Shown: positions 29,256 to 40,040 of the stretch, one piece after another
Layout of the letters: every line of letters starts with the position of its first letter
Numbering within the stretch: position 1 is the stretch's first letter
NCBI GenBank assembly: GCA_963832165.1
Contig: CAWHTE010000011.1
Location: 160,001 to 224,000 of the forward strand
Direction of reading: 5' to 3'
Origin: an uncultured delta proteobacterium
Lineage (GTDB): Bacteria; Myxococcota_A; UBA9160; SMWR01
DNA: 64,000 nucleotides
The notes under the pieces: generated by a model
The model's database searches: none
Told to the model about the DNA's origin: nothing
Seen by the model: only the letters and a program-made list of their open reading frames with translations
Position numbers and translations under genes: made by a program

Positions 29256-30340
29256 CAGCGCGCTCCTGCAACGCGCATGGACGGCACGAGCGCGCGGCCG
29301 TGCATGGCGCCGGCGATCTGGGTGAGCGGCAGCACGGCGTCGGCGAGGCCCGCTTTTGCGACCGAGCCGGGCATTCCCCAGATCGCGCTCGACGCCTCGT
29401 CCTGCACCAGCACCTGGCCGCCCGCGGCGCGGATCTGCTGGCAGCCGCGCATCCCGTCGCTGCCCATGCCCGTGAGCACGACCGCGAGCACACCGGCTCC
29501 GCAGACGGCGGCGGCGGAGCGGAACAAGACATCGACTGCGGGGCGGCAGGCGTTCTCGGGAGCGTCCTGGTTCAGGCGCACCACGAGACCTTCGGCGCCG
29601 CGCGCCACGATGAGGTGGTAGTCGCCCGGCGCGACCCAGACCTCTCCCGCGCGAACGCGTGCGCCGTGCTCCGCCTCGCGCGCGCGCAGCGTGGTGCGCT
29701 CGTCGAGGCGCTCCGCGAACAGACGCGTGAACGGCTGCGGCATGTGTTGTGCGATCAGGATCGGTACGGGGAAGGAGCCCGGCAGCGCGATCAGCAGATC
29801 CTCGAGCGCGTTCGGGCCTCCCGTCGAGGCGCCGATCACCACGAGCTCCACCATCGCGGGGGCGAAGCCGGACGGACGCAACGTCGGAAGCGGCAGCGCT
29901 GGGGCCAGCGCTTCGCGCGCGGGCGCCGCGCGCCGCCCCACGAGCGCCTTGATCTTCGCGAGCAGCTCCGTGCGCACGCGATCGACCGAGACGACTTCGG
30001 CGCCGACCCGAGTCGGCTTGGTGACGTAGTCGCTTGCACCCGCGCTCAGCGCCTCGAGCGTGAGCTCTCCCGCGCGCTCGGTGAGGGCGGAGAAGATCAG
30101 CACGGGAAGCCGTGGCCGGAGCTTGCGGAGCTCGCGCAGCGTCTCGAGGCCGTCCATGCCGGGCATCTCGAGATCGAGCAGCACGAGGTCGGGCTCGTCG
30201 CGCGCGATCTTGTCGAGCGCGCTGCGCCCGTCGCTCGCGCTCCCGATCACATCGAGATCGGGGTCCGCCGAGAGCGTCTGAGCGACGATGCGCCGCACGA
30301 CGACGGAGTCGTCGACGATGAGGACGCGCGCCCGGGGCAT
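29255..30340 (-). CDS. cheB: Chemotaxis response regulator methylesterase
   Basis: REC domain plus GASTGGP, QHMP, RPAVDVLF, LTGMGSDG. Confidence 0.95.
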   Translation of the reverse strand: MPRARVLIVDDSVVVRRIVAQTLSADPDLDVIGSASDGRSALDKIARDEPDLVLLDLEMPGMDGLETLRELRKLRPRLPVLIFSALTERAGELTLEALSAGASDYVTKPTRVGAEVVSVDRVRTELLAKIKALVGRRAAPAREALAPALPLPTLRPSGFAPAMVELVVIGASTGGPNALEDLLIALPGSFPVPILIAQHMPQPFTRLFAERLDERTTLRAREAEHGARVRAGEVWVAPGDYHLIVARGAEGLVVRLNQDAPENACRPAVDVLFRSAAAVCGAGVLAVVLTGMGSDGMRGCQQIRAAGGQVLVQDEASSAIWGMPGSVAKAGLADAVLPLTQIAGAMHGRALVPSMRVAGAR

Positions 30341-30342
30341 CG

Positions 30343-30732
30343 CTATCGGATCCGGAACCCGAGCAGCGCGAGCTTTTCCACCACCATTTCGCGGGTGAAC
30401 GGCTTCATCAGATACTCGTTGACGCCGGCGGACAGCGCGGCCGCGATCCGGTCCTTGAGCCGCTCCGTCGTCATCATGAGGATCGGAAGATCTGCGTAGC
30501 GTTCGTCCCGGCGCAGCGCGCGCGCGGTTTCCAGTCCGTCCAGCACGGGCATGTTCCAGTCGAGGATGGCGAGCGCGGGGCACCCGAGGTCGTGCAGGCA
30601 CGCGAGCGCCTCCTCGCCGTTCGCGGCCTCTTCGACCGCGAAGCCGCAATCGCGCAGAATGCTCGCCACGATCCGGCGCGTCGGCGCCGAATCCTCCGCG
30701 ACCACCACCCAGCCGCAGCGATCGTTTTCCAT
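30343..30732 (-). CDS. cheY: Single-domain response regulator
   Basis: AEDS, LDWNMP, MMTTE, YLMKPF. Confidence 0.85.
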   Translation of the reverse strand: MENDRCGWVVVAEDSAPTRRIVASILRDCGFAVEEAANGEEALACLHDLGCPALAILDWNMPVLDGLETARALRRDERYADLPILMMTTERLKDRIAAALSAGVNEYLMKPFTREMVVEKLALLGFRIR

Positions 30733-31064
30733 CACGCGTTCGCGTGAGCCGGGCAACGGCCGGCCAGCGGACGCGCCTCGTCGGCGCCATACACCTCGTG
30801 GTGCGGCCGGGCTGCGAGAATGCCGCTCGTACCCCAGTTCGTGACCTGGCGGAACGCGTCCGATCCCACGAACGCGTCGAAGCCCGCGCGGTTGCGCCAC
30901 TCCGAAACCACCAGGTACGACCGGCGGTCCGTGACGTCGTGGTAGAGCCGCGTGCGCACGTGATCCGGCATCGAGGCCATCGCCTCGACGACGAGCGCGA
31001 ACTTCTTCTCGAAGGGCTCGTTCTTGCCCTCGATCACCTCGTAGTTCATTCCAACCGTGACCAT
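30732..31064 (-). CDS. Antibiotic biosynthesis monooxygenase (ABM)-domain protein, possibly heme-binding
   Basis: MVTVGMNYEV, YLVVSEW, F..FV.SDAF; C-terminal CPAH; GGAG RBS. Confidence 0.75.
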   Translation of the reverse strand: MVTVGMNYEVIEGKNEPFEKKFALVVEAMASMPDHVRTRLYHDVTDRRSYLVVSEWRNRAGFDAFVGSDAFRQVTNWGTSGILAARPHHEVYGADEARPLAGRCPAHANA

Positions 31065-31083
31065 GATGGACTCCTTGTCGTGG

Positions 31084-32607
31084 TTATTCGAGCCAGACGC
31101 GAATTCGCTTCTCGGATTCGTCGAGCACGAAGAGCTCGCCCGGCGCGAACTCGTCGCGGACGGCGCCGCGCGCGATCTCTCCCACGTCGATCCCGCGCTC
31201 GGCCAGCCTGGGAGCGAGCTCGTCGGGGATGATGTCTGCGAGGTTCTCCGCCACGGCGGCGCGGAACGTGAGATCGACCTTCGTTCGCTCCGACTCGGAG
31301 ACGCGGATGCGGAGCGCGTTTGCCTTCATCTTCTTCTCCTCCAGGCGCGTGGCCGCGGCGCTGCTCGGCACCTCGGGCTCGGCGAGACCGTCCAGGGCCT
31401 CGTCGAGCAACTCGGGCCACACGAGCTGCGCATCGAGCGCCTCGAGGTAGCCGAGCAGGCCGCGATACGCGCGCATGAGCCAGAGCAGGTCGGGCGGTCC
31501 CGCGAGCCGGAAGTTCCAGCGCAGCTCGCCGAGCGTCTCGGAGAGCCGCTCGGCCGTGCGCGCGCCGCGCAGGTCGTAGGGCTCGCGGTTGCAGAACGGC
31601 TCGAACAGGATCTCTGCGAGCGCGGGCAACGAGTCCGCGATCGGCTCGAGCAGGTCGGCGTTGAACCCCATCGCCACGAAGCCGTCGAGCACCTCGCGCG
31701 CGGGTGCGCGCGCGCCGTCGCGCTGCGCGCCGCGGATCAGCGAGCGCAGCCCCGCGACGAAGCCCGGCGACAGCTCCTTCACGCAGCCGAAGTCGAGCAG
31801 GCCGACGCGGTAGCCCTCGGGTCCGCGCGGGAAGCGGTAGTTGCCCGGATGCGGGTCGGTGTGCACGAGCCCGTACCTGAAGCAGCCCGCGAGAAAGAAC
31901 CGCGCGAGCGTATGCGCGACGCTCGCACGGTCTGCCGGTGAGCTCTCGCGCAGCTCCGCGAAGCGCGCGCCGCCCATCCAGCTCATCACGATCACGCGCT
32001 CCGTGCACAGCGCCTCGACGAGGCGCGGGACTTCCACGTCCGGGAACGCGTCCGAGATCAGTCCGAAGCGCCGGATCACGCGCGCTTCGCGCCGGTAGTC
32101 GAGCTCCTCGGCCACCATCGCGGCGATCTCGTTCTTGAAGCCCGAGAGATCGAAGCCGCGCCGCAGCACGGGCAGCGGCGCCGCGAGCAGGCCGAGCACA
32201 CGCAGATCGGTCGCGACCGCGTCGGCGATGCCGGGATACTGGAGCTTCACCGCCACGCGCCGTCCGTCGCGCAGCTCCGCCGCGTGCACCTGGCCGAGCG
32301 AGGCGGCGATGCCCGCGCCGTCGAACCAGCGGAAGTGATGCGAGAGCGGTGCGCGCAGCTCGCGCTCGATCGCTGCGGTCGCCTCTTGCGCGGAGAGCGC
32401 CTGCGGCGCCTCGCATAGCCGAGTCCAGTCCGGAGCGCTCGAGCCGAGCTCGCCGAGCGCGAGCGTCTGACCCAGCTTCTGGGGCAGCCCGCGCAGGCTC
32501 GCGAGCCGATCCACCAGCCGGCCGCGCGCCCGCGGACGGTGTCGCCCGAGGGCGCCGTCGACGACGGCGCCCCCGAGCTGCCACATCCTTCCCATTTCGC
32601 TTCGCAC
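31084..32607 (-). CDS. ABC1/UbiB/AarF family atypical kinase with an extra C-terminal domain
   Basis: KLGQ, AASLGQVH, VAVKLQYP, ELDYRREA, HTDPHPGN, LDFG. Confidence 0.9.
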   Translation of the reverse strand: MRSEMGRMWQLGGAVVDGALGRHRPRARGRLVDRLASLRGLPQKLGQTLALGELGSSAPDWTRLCEAPQALSAQEATAAIERELRAPLSHHFRWFDGAGIAASLGQVHAAELRDGRRVAVKLQYPGIADAVATDLRVLGLLAAPLPVLRRGFDLSGFKNEIAAMVAEELDYRREARVIRRFGLISDAFPDVEVPRLVEALCTERVIVMSWMGGARFAELRESSPADRASVAHTLARFFLAGCFRYGLVHTDPHPGNYRFPRGPEGYRVGLLDFGCVKELSPGFVAGLRSLIRGAQRDGARAPAREVLDGFVAMGFNADLLEPIADSLPALAEILFEPFCNREPYDLRGARTAERLSETLGELRWNFRLAGPPDLLWLMRAYRGLLGYLEALDAQLVWPELLDEALDGLAEPEVPSSAAATRLEEKKMKANALRIRVSESERTKVDLTFRAAVAENLADIIPDELAPRLAERGIDVGEIARGAVRDEFAPGELFVLDESEKRIRVWLE

Positions 32608-32636
32608 GGCCGCAGTTCCGCGTTTCGGCTACAGGG

Positions 32637-35600
32637 TCAGGACGCGGACTTCGCGTTTTCTTTGTTCAGATCCTGGAACTGAGTCACGAGCTGCTGCAGA
32701 GCGCCCGCCATTCGCGAGAGCTCCTGCGCCGCGCGCTGCGTGCTCGACGCACCCTGCGTCGTGTTCTCGGCGGCCTGTGCCACCGCAGAGATGTTCTGCG
32801 AGATCTGCCCCGATCCGCGGGCTGCCTCGCCGACGCTGCGCGCCACCTCGCCCGCGGTCGCTGTCTGCTCCTCGACGGAGCTCGCGATCGTGGTCTGGAT
32901 GTCGTTGATCTTGGTGATCGTGCTGCTGATCTCGTCGATCGCCTTGATCACGTCGTCGGTGTCGCCCTGGATCGTCGAGATCTTCCCGCTGATCTCCTCG
33001 GTGGCGCGCGCCGTCTCCTTGGCGAGCTCCTTCACCTCGTTCGCGACCACCGCGAAGCCCTTGCCGGCCTCGCCCGCGCGCGCGGCCTCGATCGTGGCGT
33101 TGAGCGCGAGCAGGTTGGTCTGCTGGGCGATCGAGGTGATCACCTTGATCACCTTGCCGATCTCCTCGCTCGAGGTGCCCAGCTTCGCGACCGTCTCGGA
33201 GGTGCGACCCGCCACCGCGACCGCCTGGCTCGCGACGCGCGTCGCCTCGGTGGCGCTCTTCGCGATCTCGCGGATACTCGAGTTCATCTCCTCGATACCC
33301 GCCGCCACACTGTCGACGTTCTTCGAGACCTGCGACGAGGCCGCCGACACCTGCGTGGCCTGGGCCGAGGTCTCCTGTGCGTTGCTCGACATCTCCTGCG
33401 AGACCGCGGTCAGCTCCTGAGCCGCGGTGCCGAGGCTCTGCGAGTTGCCGGTCACCTCCGAGAGCATGTTGCGCAGACCCGCGGTGAGGCGCTTCTCGCG
33501 CTCCTCGGCCGCGAGCTTCTCGGTGATCAGCTCCCAGGTCACCATCGGCCCGAGGTAGGTGCCCTTGGCGTCGTAGATCGCCGACACGAGCAGGTCGGCG
33601 GTCTCCGGGCCGACCTCGATGTTCGCGCGCAGCGGCAGGTTCTTGTCGTTGGCGAGCAGCTTGCGCTGGTACGACGCGTCCTTGTGGAAGATGTCGATCG
33701 ACGCACCGACCATCTTGTCGACCGTCACCGGCAGGTACTTCTCGAGCGTCTTCGCCACCTGCCTCGATGCCGGGTTCATGTACACGATGTTGAGGTCGAG
33801 GCTGGCCATCATCACCGCGGTGGGCGCGTTGTCGGCGATCGCCTGCGTGCGCGCGAGGTCGTTCTGGGCCTTGAGCCGCTCGGTGATGAGCTCCCAGGTC
33901 ACCATCGGACCGAGGTACTTGCCCTTTGCGTCGTAGGTCGCGGACACCAGCAGGTCGGCCGTCTCGGGGCCGATCTGGATGTTCGCGCGCAGCGGCAGGT
34001 TCTTTTCGTTCGCGAGCAGCTTGCGCTGATACGCCGGGTCCTTGTGGAAGACGTCGATCGTCGAGCCGACCATCTTGTCGACCGCCACCGGCAGGTACTT
34101 CTCGACCGCCTTGGCGACCTGGAGCGACTGCGGGTTCATGTACACGATGTTGAGATCGAGGTCGGCCATCATCACCGCGGTGGGCGCGTTGTCGGCGATC
34201 GCCTGCGTGCGCGCGAGGTCGTTCTGGACCTTGAGCCGCTCGGTGACGAGCTCCCAGGTCACCATCGGACCGAGGTACTTGCCCTTCGCGTCGTAGGTCG
34301 CGGACACGAGCAGGTCGGCCGTCTCGGGTCCGATCGAGATGTTTGCGCGCAGCGGCAGGTTCTTCTCGTTCGCGAGCAGCTTGCGCTGATACGACGGGTC
34401 CTTGTGGAACACGTCGATCGTCGAGCCGACCATCTTGTCGACCGCCACCGGCAGGTACTTCTCGACCGCCTTGGCGACCTGGAGCGACTGCGGGTTCATG
34501 TACACGATGTTGAGGTCGAGGTCGGCCATCATCACCGCGGTGGGCGCGTTGTCGGCGATCGCCTGGGTGCGCGCGAGGTCGTTCTGGATCTTCAGCTTCT
34601 CGGTCACGAGCTCCCAGGTCACCATCGGCCCGAGGTAGTTCTTGTCCTGGTCGTAGGTCGCCGAGACGAGCAGGTCTGCCATCTCCGGCCCGATCATGAT
34701 GTTCGCGCGCACGGGAAGGTTCTTGTCGTTCGCGAGGATCCGGCGCTGATAGGCCGGATCCTTGTGGAAGATGTCGACGTTCGAGCCGAGCACCTTTTCG
34801 GGCTTGACCGGAAGGTGCTGCTCCAGCTTCTTGAGCGTCGTCTCTGACGCCGGGTTCATGTAGATGATGTTGAGGTCCTTGTCGGCGAGCATCACGTTGG
34901 TCGGTGCGTTCGCGACCATCGACTGGATGCGCGCCTGCTCCACCTCGAGCTGCTTGGTCGCGGTGAGGTCGGTGGCGAACTTCACCACGCGGTAGACCTT
35001 GCCGGACAAGTCACGGATCGGGTTGTACGAGCCCTGGATCCAGACCTCTCCGCCGTCCTTGGCAATGCGCTTGAACTGCCCGGTGCGGTACTCGCCGCGC
35101 TGCAGATCGCCCCAGAAGTCTCGGTACTCCTGGCTGTCCGCGAACTTCTTCTCGACGAGCACGCGGTGGTGGCGGCCCTTCAGCTCGTCGAGCGTGTAGC
35201 CCACGAGGTTCAGGAAGATTTCGTTGGCCGCCACGATCGTGCCGTCGAGCTCGAACTCGATCACGGCCTGCGACTTGCCGATCGCTTCGATCTGGCTCGT
35301 GAAGTCGGCATTGCGCTCCTCGAGCCGCAGCCGATCGCTGATCAGCTCCCAGGTCACCATCGGGCCGAGGTAGCCGCCCTTGGCGTCGTAGATCGCCGAG
35401 ACGAGCAGGTCCGCGGTCTCGGGGCCGATCTTGATGTTTGCGCGCACGGGCAGGTTCTTGTCGTTCGAGAGAATCCGCCGCTGATAGGCCGGGTCGCGGT
35501 GGAACAGGTCGATCGAAGATCCGAGCACCTGATCGGCCTTGACCGGCAGGTGCTGCTCGATCGTCTTCAGCGTCTTCTGCGACGCCGGATTCACGAACAT

Positions 35601-36485
35601 GATCTCGAGCTCGCGGTTGGCGAGCATTACGTTGGTCGGCGCGTTCTGGAGCATCGCCTGGAAGCGCGCGACCTCGCCCTCCGCGATGATCTGCTCGGTC
35701 ACGTTCGCCCACGTCACGACGTAGCCGCTGACCGCATCGCCTTCATACGCCGCGTTGATCTGCGCGCGCAGCGTCACGTTGCCGAACGAGAACATCGCCT
35801 CGTGCGGCAGCGCGGCCGGGTTCTGGAGAATCTTCTCGACCTGCTTCGGGTTCTTGTGGAAGCGGTGGATCGAACCGCCGAGCACCTCGTCGACGCTCAC
35901 GTCGAACGCGCTCTCGAGCTCGCCCTCGATCTCGCGCAGCGTCTCGACCGCCTTCTCGTTCATGTACACGAGCGTGAAGTCGGCGTTGGCGACGAACACG
36001 TTCGCCTGCGCGTTGTCGAGGATGCCGCGCACGGCGCCTTCGCCGCCGAGCACGTCGACCGCGGCGGCGCGGTTCCCCTTGCCCTTCGCGCTCTTGCGCG
36101 CGGGAGCGCTCCGGACGATGTCGTTCTTGAGCGGCGCGACCGCCTTGATCACCTCGGTCACGAGCTCGGCCGGAACGTCGAGGTCGGTGAGCGCGCTCGT
36201 GAGGTGCTCGGCCACGCGATCGAAATGGCGCGGCTCGATCATGAGCTCCGCGTGCGCGTCGCGCATGCTGCGGCCGGAGTACTTGACCGGTCCGCCGAGC
36301 GCCTGCGAGAAGAACTGCACCTGGCGCCGGCCGAGCAGGCCCATGTTCACGCCTTCGAAGAACGGCCGCAGATCGTCGTCGCCGAGCACGTACTCGTAGA
36401 AGATGTCGACTGCGGCGCGGATCGCGTCGCCTCCGCCGAGCCGTTCGAACAGCGACTTCTGCTTCCGGGTGTTGGGCTTGGACAC
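32637..36485 (-). CDS. Soluble methyl-accepting chemotaxis protein: group 1 truncated globin + 7 PAS + MCP signalling domain
   Basis: SLFERLGG...FY...[15 protein letters not shown] globin; six Aer2-like PAS (FH and VTW motifs); one BdlA-like PAS (WIQGSYNPI); [30 protein letters not shown]; no TM segment. Confidence 0.93.
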   Translation of the reverse strand: MSKPNTRKQKSLFERLGGGDAIRAAVDIFYEYVLGDDDLRPFFEGVNMGLLGRRQVQFFSQALGGPVKYSGRSMRDAHAELMIEPRHFDRVAEHLTSALTDLDVPAELVTEVIKAVAPLKNDIVRSAPARKSAKGKGNRAAAVDVLGGEGAVRGILDNAQANVFVANADFTLVYMNEKAVETLREIEGELESAFDVSVDEVLGGSIHRFHKNPKQVEKILQNPAALPHEAMFSFGNVTLRAQINAAYEGDAVSGYVVTWANVTEQIIAEGEVARFQAMLQNAPTNVMLANRELEIMFVNPASQKTLKTIEQHLPVKADQVLGSSIDLFHRDPAYQRRILSNDKNLPVRANIKIGPETADLLVSAIYDAKGGYLGPMVTWELISDRLRLEERNADFTSQIEAIGKSQAVIEFELDGTIVAANEIFLNLVGYTLDELKGRHHRVLVEKKFADSQEYRDFWGDLQRGEYRTGQFKRIAKDGGEVWIQGSYNPIRDLSGKVYRVVKFATDLTATKQLEVEQARIQSMVANAPTNVMLADKDLNIIYMNPASETTLKKLEQHLPVKPEKVLGSNVDIFHKDPAYQRRILANDKNLPVRANIMIGPEMADLLVSATYDQDKNYLGPMVTWELVTEKLKIQNDLARTQAIADNAPTAVMMADLDLNIVYMNPQSLQVAKAVEKYLPVAVDKMVGSTIDVFHKDPSYQRKLLANEKNLPLRANISIGPETADLLVSATYDAKGKYLGPMVTWELVTERLKVQNDLARTQAIADNAPTAVMMADLDLNIVYMNPQSLQVAKAVEKYLPVAVDKMVGSTIDVFHKDPAYQRKLLANEKNLPLRANIQIGPETADLLVSATYDAKGKYLGPMVTWELITERLKAQNDLARTQAIADNAPTAVMMASLDLNIVYMNPASRQVAKTLEKYLPVTVDKMVGASIDIFHKDASYQRKLLANDKNLPLRANIEVGPETADLLVSAIYDAKGTYLGPMVTWELITEKLAAEEREKRLTAGLRNMLSEVTGNSQSLGTAAQELTAVSQEMSSNAQETSAQATQVSAASSQVSKNVDSVAAGIEEMNSSIREIAKSATEATRVASQAVAVAGRTSETVAKLGTSSEEIGKVIKVITSIAQQTNLLALNATIEAARAGEAGKGFAVVANEVKELAKETARATEEISGKISTIQGDTDDVIKAIDEISSTITKINDIQTTIASSVEEQTATAGEVARSVGEAARGSGQISQNISAVAQAAENTTQGASSTQRAAQELSRMAGALQQLVTQFQDLNKENAKSAS
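33521..34920. repeat. Intragenic 360-bp tandem repeats (four PAS units)
   Basis: CTCCCAGGTC ends at 33540, 33900, 34260 and 34620; the two central units are nearly identical; a related copy lies near 35340-35660. Confidence 0.9.
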
Positions 36486-36487
36486 GA

Positions 36488-36955
36488 TCAGTTCTCCTCA
36501 ATACGGTTGAAACGGTCATCGATTTCGGCGGTCGACACCGCGATCGCGGCGTCACTGGATAGAACGAGCAGCAGGCCCTGTTCGAGCTTGTAGACGCCGC
36601 GGATCAGGTCCTGCGTCGCGCCGAGGTTGTCCGGCGGCGGCTCGAAGGCCTCTTCGGAGAGCGTCAGCACCTCGCCGATCTGGTCTGCGAGCAGGCTCAC
36701 GGGCCCGTCGTCGGTGCGGATCACCACGTTCGCGGGCAGCGCATCGCCGGTGCGGTCGCGCAGCTTCAAGCAGCGGCGCAGCTCGATCGCAGGCACGATC
36801 TGCCCGCGCAGGTTGATCAGCCCGCGCACCGAGCCGGGCGCGAGCGGGATCGGCGTCATCTCCTGATGGCGCAGGATCTCCTGGACGCGCTCGACCTCGA
36901 CGCCGAACAGCGCCTCGTCGACGACGAACGTGCAGAACTGCTGAGTCGCCATCAC
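36488..36955 (-). CDS. cheW: Chemotaxis coupling protein
   Basis: [27 protein letters not shown]. Confidence 0.93.
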   Translation of the reverse strand: MMATQQFCTFVVDEALFGVEVERVQEILRHQEMTPIPLAPGSVRGLINLRGQIVPAIELRRCLKLRDRTGDALPANVVIRTDDGPVSLLADQIGEVLTLSEEAFEPPPDNLGATQDLIRGVYKLEQGLLLVLSSDAAIAVSTAEIDDRFNRIEEN

Positions 36956-39127
36956 GCCTCTCCCGCAGCTGTCGCCGTAGCCGTGGCCGTGAAGAAGGTC
37001 GGATCCGCGTCACGGATCACGCCCTCGACGTCGAGGAACTCGGTGATGCGGCCCTGCACGGGCATCGAGCCGAGCACGCCCGAGCGCGTGGCGCCGCGCT
37101 CGAGCGAGAGCTTCACGGGCGTGATGTCGAGGATCGCCTCGACCACGAAGCCGATCACGCGGTCGTTGTGCGCGCACACCACGACGTGGCGTGTGTCCGA
37201 ACTGCCGTCCGCGGCGGTCGCGGAACGCGTGTCGCCGAGCACTTCCGCGAGGTTGAGCAGCGGCAGGATCTGGCCGCGATACTGCACGAGGTCTTTGCCG
37301 CCAACGCGCTCGATCCGGTCGGCCTTCAGCTCCTCGAGCCGCGCGACCTTCGAGAGCGGAATCGCGATCCGCCCGTCGCCGACCATCCGGCACAGCACCG
37401 CCTGGTCGACGTCGGCCGCGGCAGCCTCCGCATGTTCCGCGGCCACCTTCGCCCCGAGCGCGTCGTGGCGCTCCGTCACCGCGCCGAGGCGCTGCGAGAG
37501 CCCCATCGCATCGAGGATCAGCGCGACGCGGCCGTCGCCCATCACGGTCGCGCCGGAATAACAGGAGATCGCCTTGAGCCGCTTCCAGAGCGGCTTGACC
37601 ACGATCTCCTCGGTGTCGGAGACCTCGTCGACCACGAGGCCGTAGCTGCGGTCGTCGGCCTGAAGCACGACGATCGCGAGGCTCTGCTGGTCGGGAGCCT
37701 CGCTCTGCACGCGGAGCTCGCGGTGCAGGTAGGCGACCGGCAGGAGCTTCCCGCGCAGCCGATAGACCGGCGCGCCGTGCACCTCTTCGATGCTTCTGAC
37801 CGCCCTGGTCGCTGCGCACCACCTCGAGCAGGCTCGCCTGCGGGATCGCGTAGGACTGTCCGCCGCTCTTCACGATCAGCGCCGGGATGATCGCGAGGGT
37901 GAGCGGGATCTTGATCTTGACGTTCGTGCCCTCGCCGACGCGGCTGTACACGTCGACCGTACCGCCGATGCGCTCGACGTTGGTCTTCACGACGTCCATG
38001 CCCACGCCGCGTCCGGAGACGTTCGTGACGCGCTCCGCCGTGGTGAAGCCCGGGATGAAGATCAGTCCGAGCACCTCGCGGTCGGTCATGCGCGCGAGCT
38101 GTTCGGGGGTCGCGAGGTTGCGGTCGAGCGCGCGCTGCTTGACGGCGGCAGGGTTGATGCCGACGCCGTCGTCGACGATCTCGATGTTGACCATCCCGCC
38201 TTCGTGGAACGCGCGCAGCGTGAGCGTGCCCTGCTCGGGCTTTCCGCCGCGCAGCTCGGGGCGCTCGATGCCGTGGTCGACGGCGTTGCGCACGAGGTGG
38301 GTGAGCGGGTCCTGGATCGCCTCGATGATGCTCTTGTCGAGCTCGGTGTCCCGGCCCTCGAGCACGAGCCGCACGCGCTTGCCCGACATGCGCTCCATGT
38401 CGCGCACGACGCGCGGGAAGCGGTTCCAGATGTTCCCGATCGGCTGCATGCGCGTCTTCATCACGGCTTCCTGGAGCTCGGTGGTCACGAGCGACAGGCG
38501 CTGCGACGGCGCGACGAGCGCGGTCTGGGGCTGCTGCGTGGTGAGCTGGGCAATCTGATTGCGCGCGAGCACGAGCTCGCCGACCAGGTTCATGAGTCGG
38601 TCGAGCAGACCGACGTCGACGCGGATCTTGTTCTCCGCGAGCAAAGCGGGATCGACGCCGCCTCCGTCGCGCCCGTCGCCGTCTCCACCGCCGGAGCCGT
38701 TCGACAGCACTTCCTGCGACTGCTCGCGCGCAGCCGCGAGCTCGAGCCGCGCGACCACGGGGCCGACGTCGAGGTCGCCCTCGCCGCCCGTCGCCGCGAT
38801 CTGGGCGAGCAGGCGCCGGATCGTGTCGACCATCGCGAGCAGCGCGTTGGTGGCCTCGGAGTCGATCAGCAGAGAGCCGTCGCGCGCGAGCGCGAGCAGC
38901 GTCTCGCCCGCGTGCGCGACGGCCTCGATCTTCGGCAGATCCAGGAAGCTGCAGCTGCCCTTGATCGTGTGGACGTTGCGGAACAGGCTGCGGACCAGCT
39001 CGGCCGACGTGGGATCGCTCTCGAGCTCGAGCAACGAGCGCTCGAAGCGCTCGAGGTTCTCGCGGCTCTCGGTCTGGAACTCCGCGACGACGAGATCGCG
39101 CTCTTCGCTAGGGGAGGGCGCGCTCAT
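36952..39127 (-). CDS. cheA: Chemotaxis histidine kinase with two CheW-like domains; one apparent frameshift near 37795
   Basis: FRNVHTIKG Hpt, IRVDV, HLVRNAVDHGIE, SGRGVGMDVV, IPLTLAII; continues in another frame as IEEVHGAPVYRLRG...EEIVVKPL. Confidence 0.92.
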
Positions 39128-39510
39128 GCTCTCTTCCGGTGGGCCTCGAGATAGCGCTCGACGAGCGACATCAAGCCCTGCTTGTCGAACGGCTTCTTGA
39201 AGAAGTCGGTGCAGCCGGCCTTCGTGCCGAGCTCGCGCTCGCGATCGCCGATGTCGGCCGACGCCATCACGATCGGGATATGCGCTCCCCACGGCTCCGC
39301 GCGCAGACGCCGGCACGTCTCGAAGCCGTCGATGCCCGGCATGTGCACGTCGAGCAGGATCAGATCCGGACGCATCACGTCGGCCTGCACGAGGCCTTCT
39401 TCGCCGCTCTGCGCTGCGCACAGCGCGAGATCGGTTCCGCGCAGGAGCAGACGCGTGGCGGCGGCGATCATCGACGAGTCGTCGATCAGCAACAGCTTCT
39501 GTTTCGCCAT
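39124..39510 (-). CDS. Single-domain response regulator
   Basis: LLIDDS, LDVHMPGIDG, KKPF; stop overlaps the cheA start. Confidence 0.88.
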   Translation of the reverse strand: MAKQKLLLIDDSSMIAAATRLLLRGTDLALCAAQSGEEGLVQADVMRPDLILLDVHMPGIDGFETCRRLRAEPWGAHIPIVMASADIGDRERELGTKAGCTDFFKKPFDKQGLMSLVERYLEAHRKRA

Positions 39511-39574
39511 GCGCCTGACTATTTCGGTCGTTCGACAGGCGAATGAAGGCAAAAACCGGAGCAAATACAGATAG

Positions 39575-39588
39575 TTAAGATATCTTAA
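39575..39588. promoter_or_regulatory. Perfect 14-bp AT-rich palindrome in the divergent intergenic region
   Basis: TTAAGATATCTTAA within very GC-rich DNA. Confidence 0.55.
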
Positions 39589-39615
39589 AAGTTGGGGCTC
39601 CGCGCGCGCGATCGC

Positions 39616-39643
39616 TCAAGACCCGCGCATCCGGTGCCGAACT
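39616..39643 (+). promoter_or_regulatory. Possible sigma-28-like promoter
   Basis: TCAA-N16-GCCGAACT upstream of the divergent response regulator. Confidence 0.4.
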
Positions 39644-39659
39644 TCAGGCACCGAAAGGG

Positions 39660-40040
39660 GTGCCCGTGGAACGTCGCTATCGCGTGCTGGCGCTCGACGA
39701 CTCGGAGTTGATCCACGCGAAGCTGCGGATGCTGTTCCGCTCGCAGAGCGTGGATCTCACGTGCACGGCGAAGTGGACCGACGTCGCCGAGGCGTGCGCC
39801 TCGGGAAACCCGCCCGATCTGCTGATCCTCGATCTCGACATGGGCGAAGTGCGCGGCGAGATCGTCGGGATGGGCTTGCGCAGCACCCACAGCGAGATTC
39901 CGATCGTGATCTTCTCGTCGGAAGCGGAGAAGCGCCTCTCGCTCGCAGCCCGCAACGTGGGCGCGCGCGCGGCGGTCGCGAAGGCGGATGGAGAGGGACT
40001 CGTGCGCACGGTGATGCAGATCCTGGCTGCGACGTGCTGA
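39660..40040 (+). CDS. Single-domain response regulator
   Basis: VLALDDS, LILDLDM, IVIFSS, VAK. Confidence 0.8.
   Translation: MPVERRYRVLALDDSELIHAKLRMLFRSQSVDLTCTAKWTDVAEACASGNPPDLLILDLDMGEVRGEIVGMGLRSTHSEIPIVIFSSEAEKRLSLAARNVGARAAVAKADGEGLVRTVMQILAATC

Noticed and set aside
32349..34847. Long plus-strand ORFs opposite the MCP, and many similar Arg/Ala-rich ORFs elsewhere (e.g. 252-1571, 27762-29621, 60258-61919)
   Set aside because: Antisense or off-frame shadows of clear genes in high-GC DNA; no recognisable motifs.
33521..34920. Regular repeats as a possible CRISPR array
   Set aside because: 360-bp in-frame coding units without unique spacers; no cas genes.
37780..37810. Programmed frameshift producing short and long CheA
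   Set aside because: No slippery heptamer seen; similar isolated indels occur in unrelated genes (~240, ~335, ~19345, ~19510, ~47690, ~56690), pointing to sequencing error.
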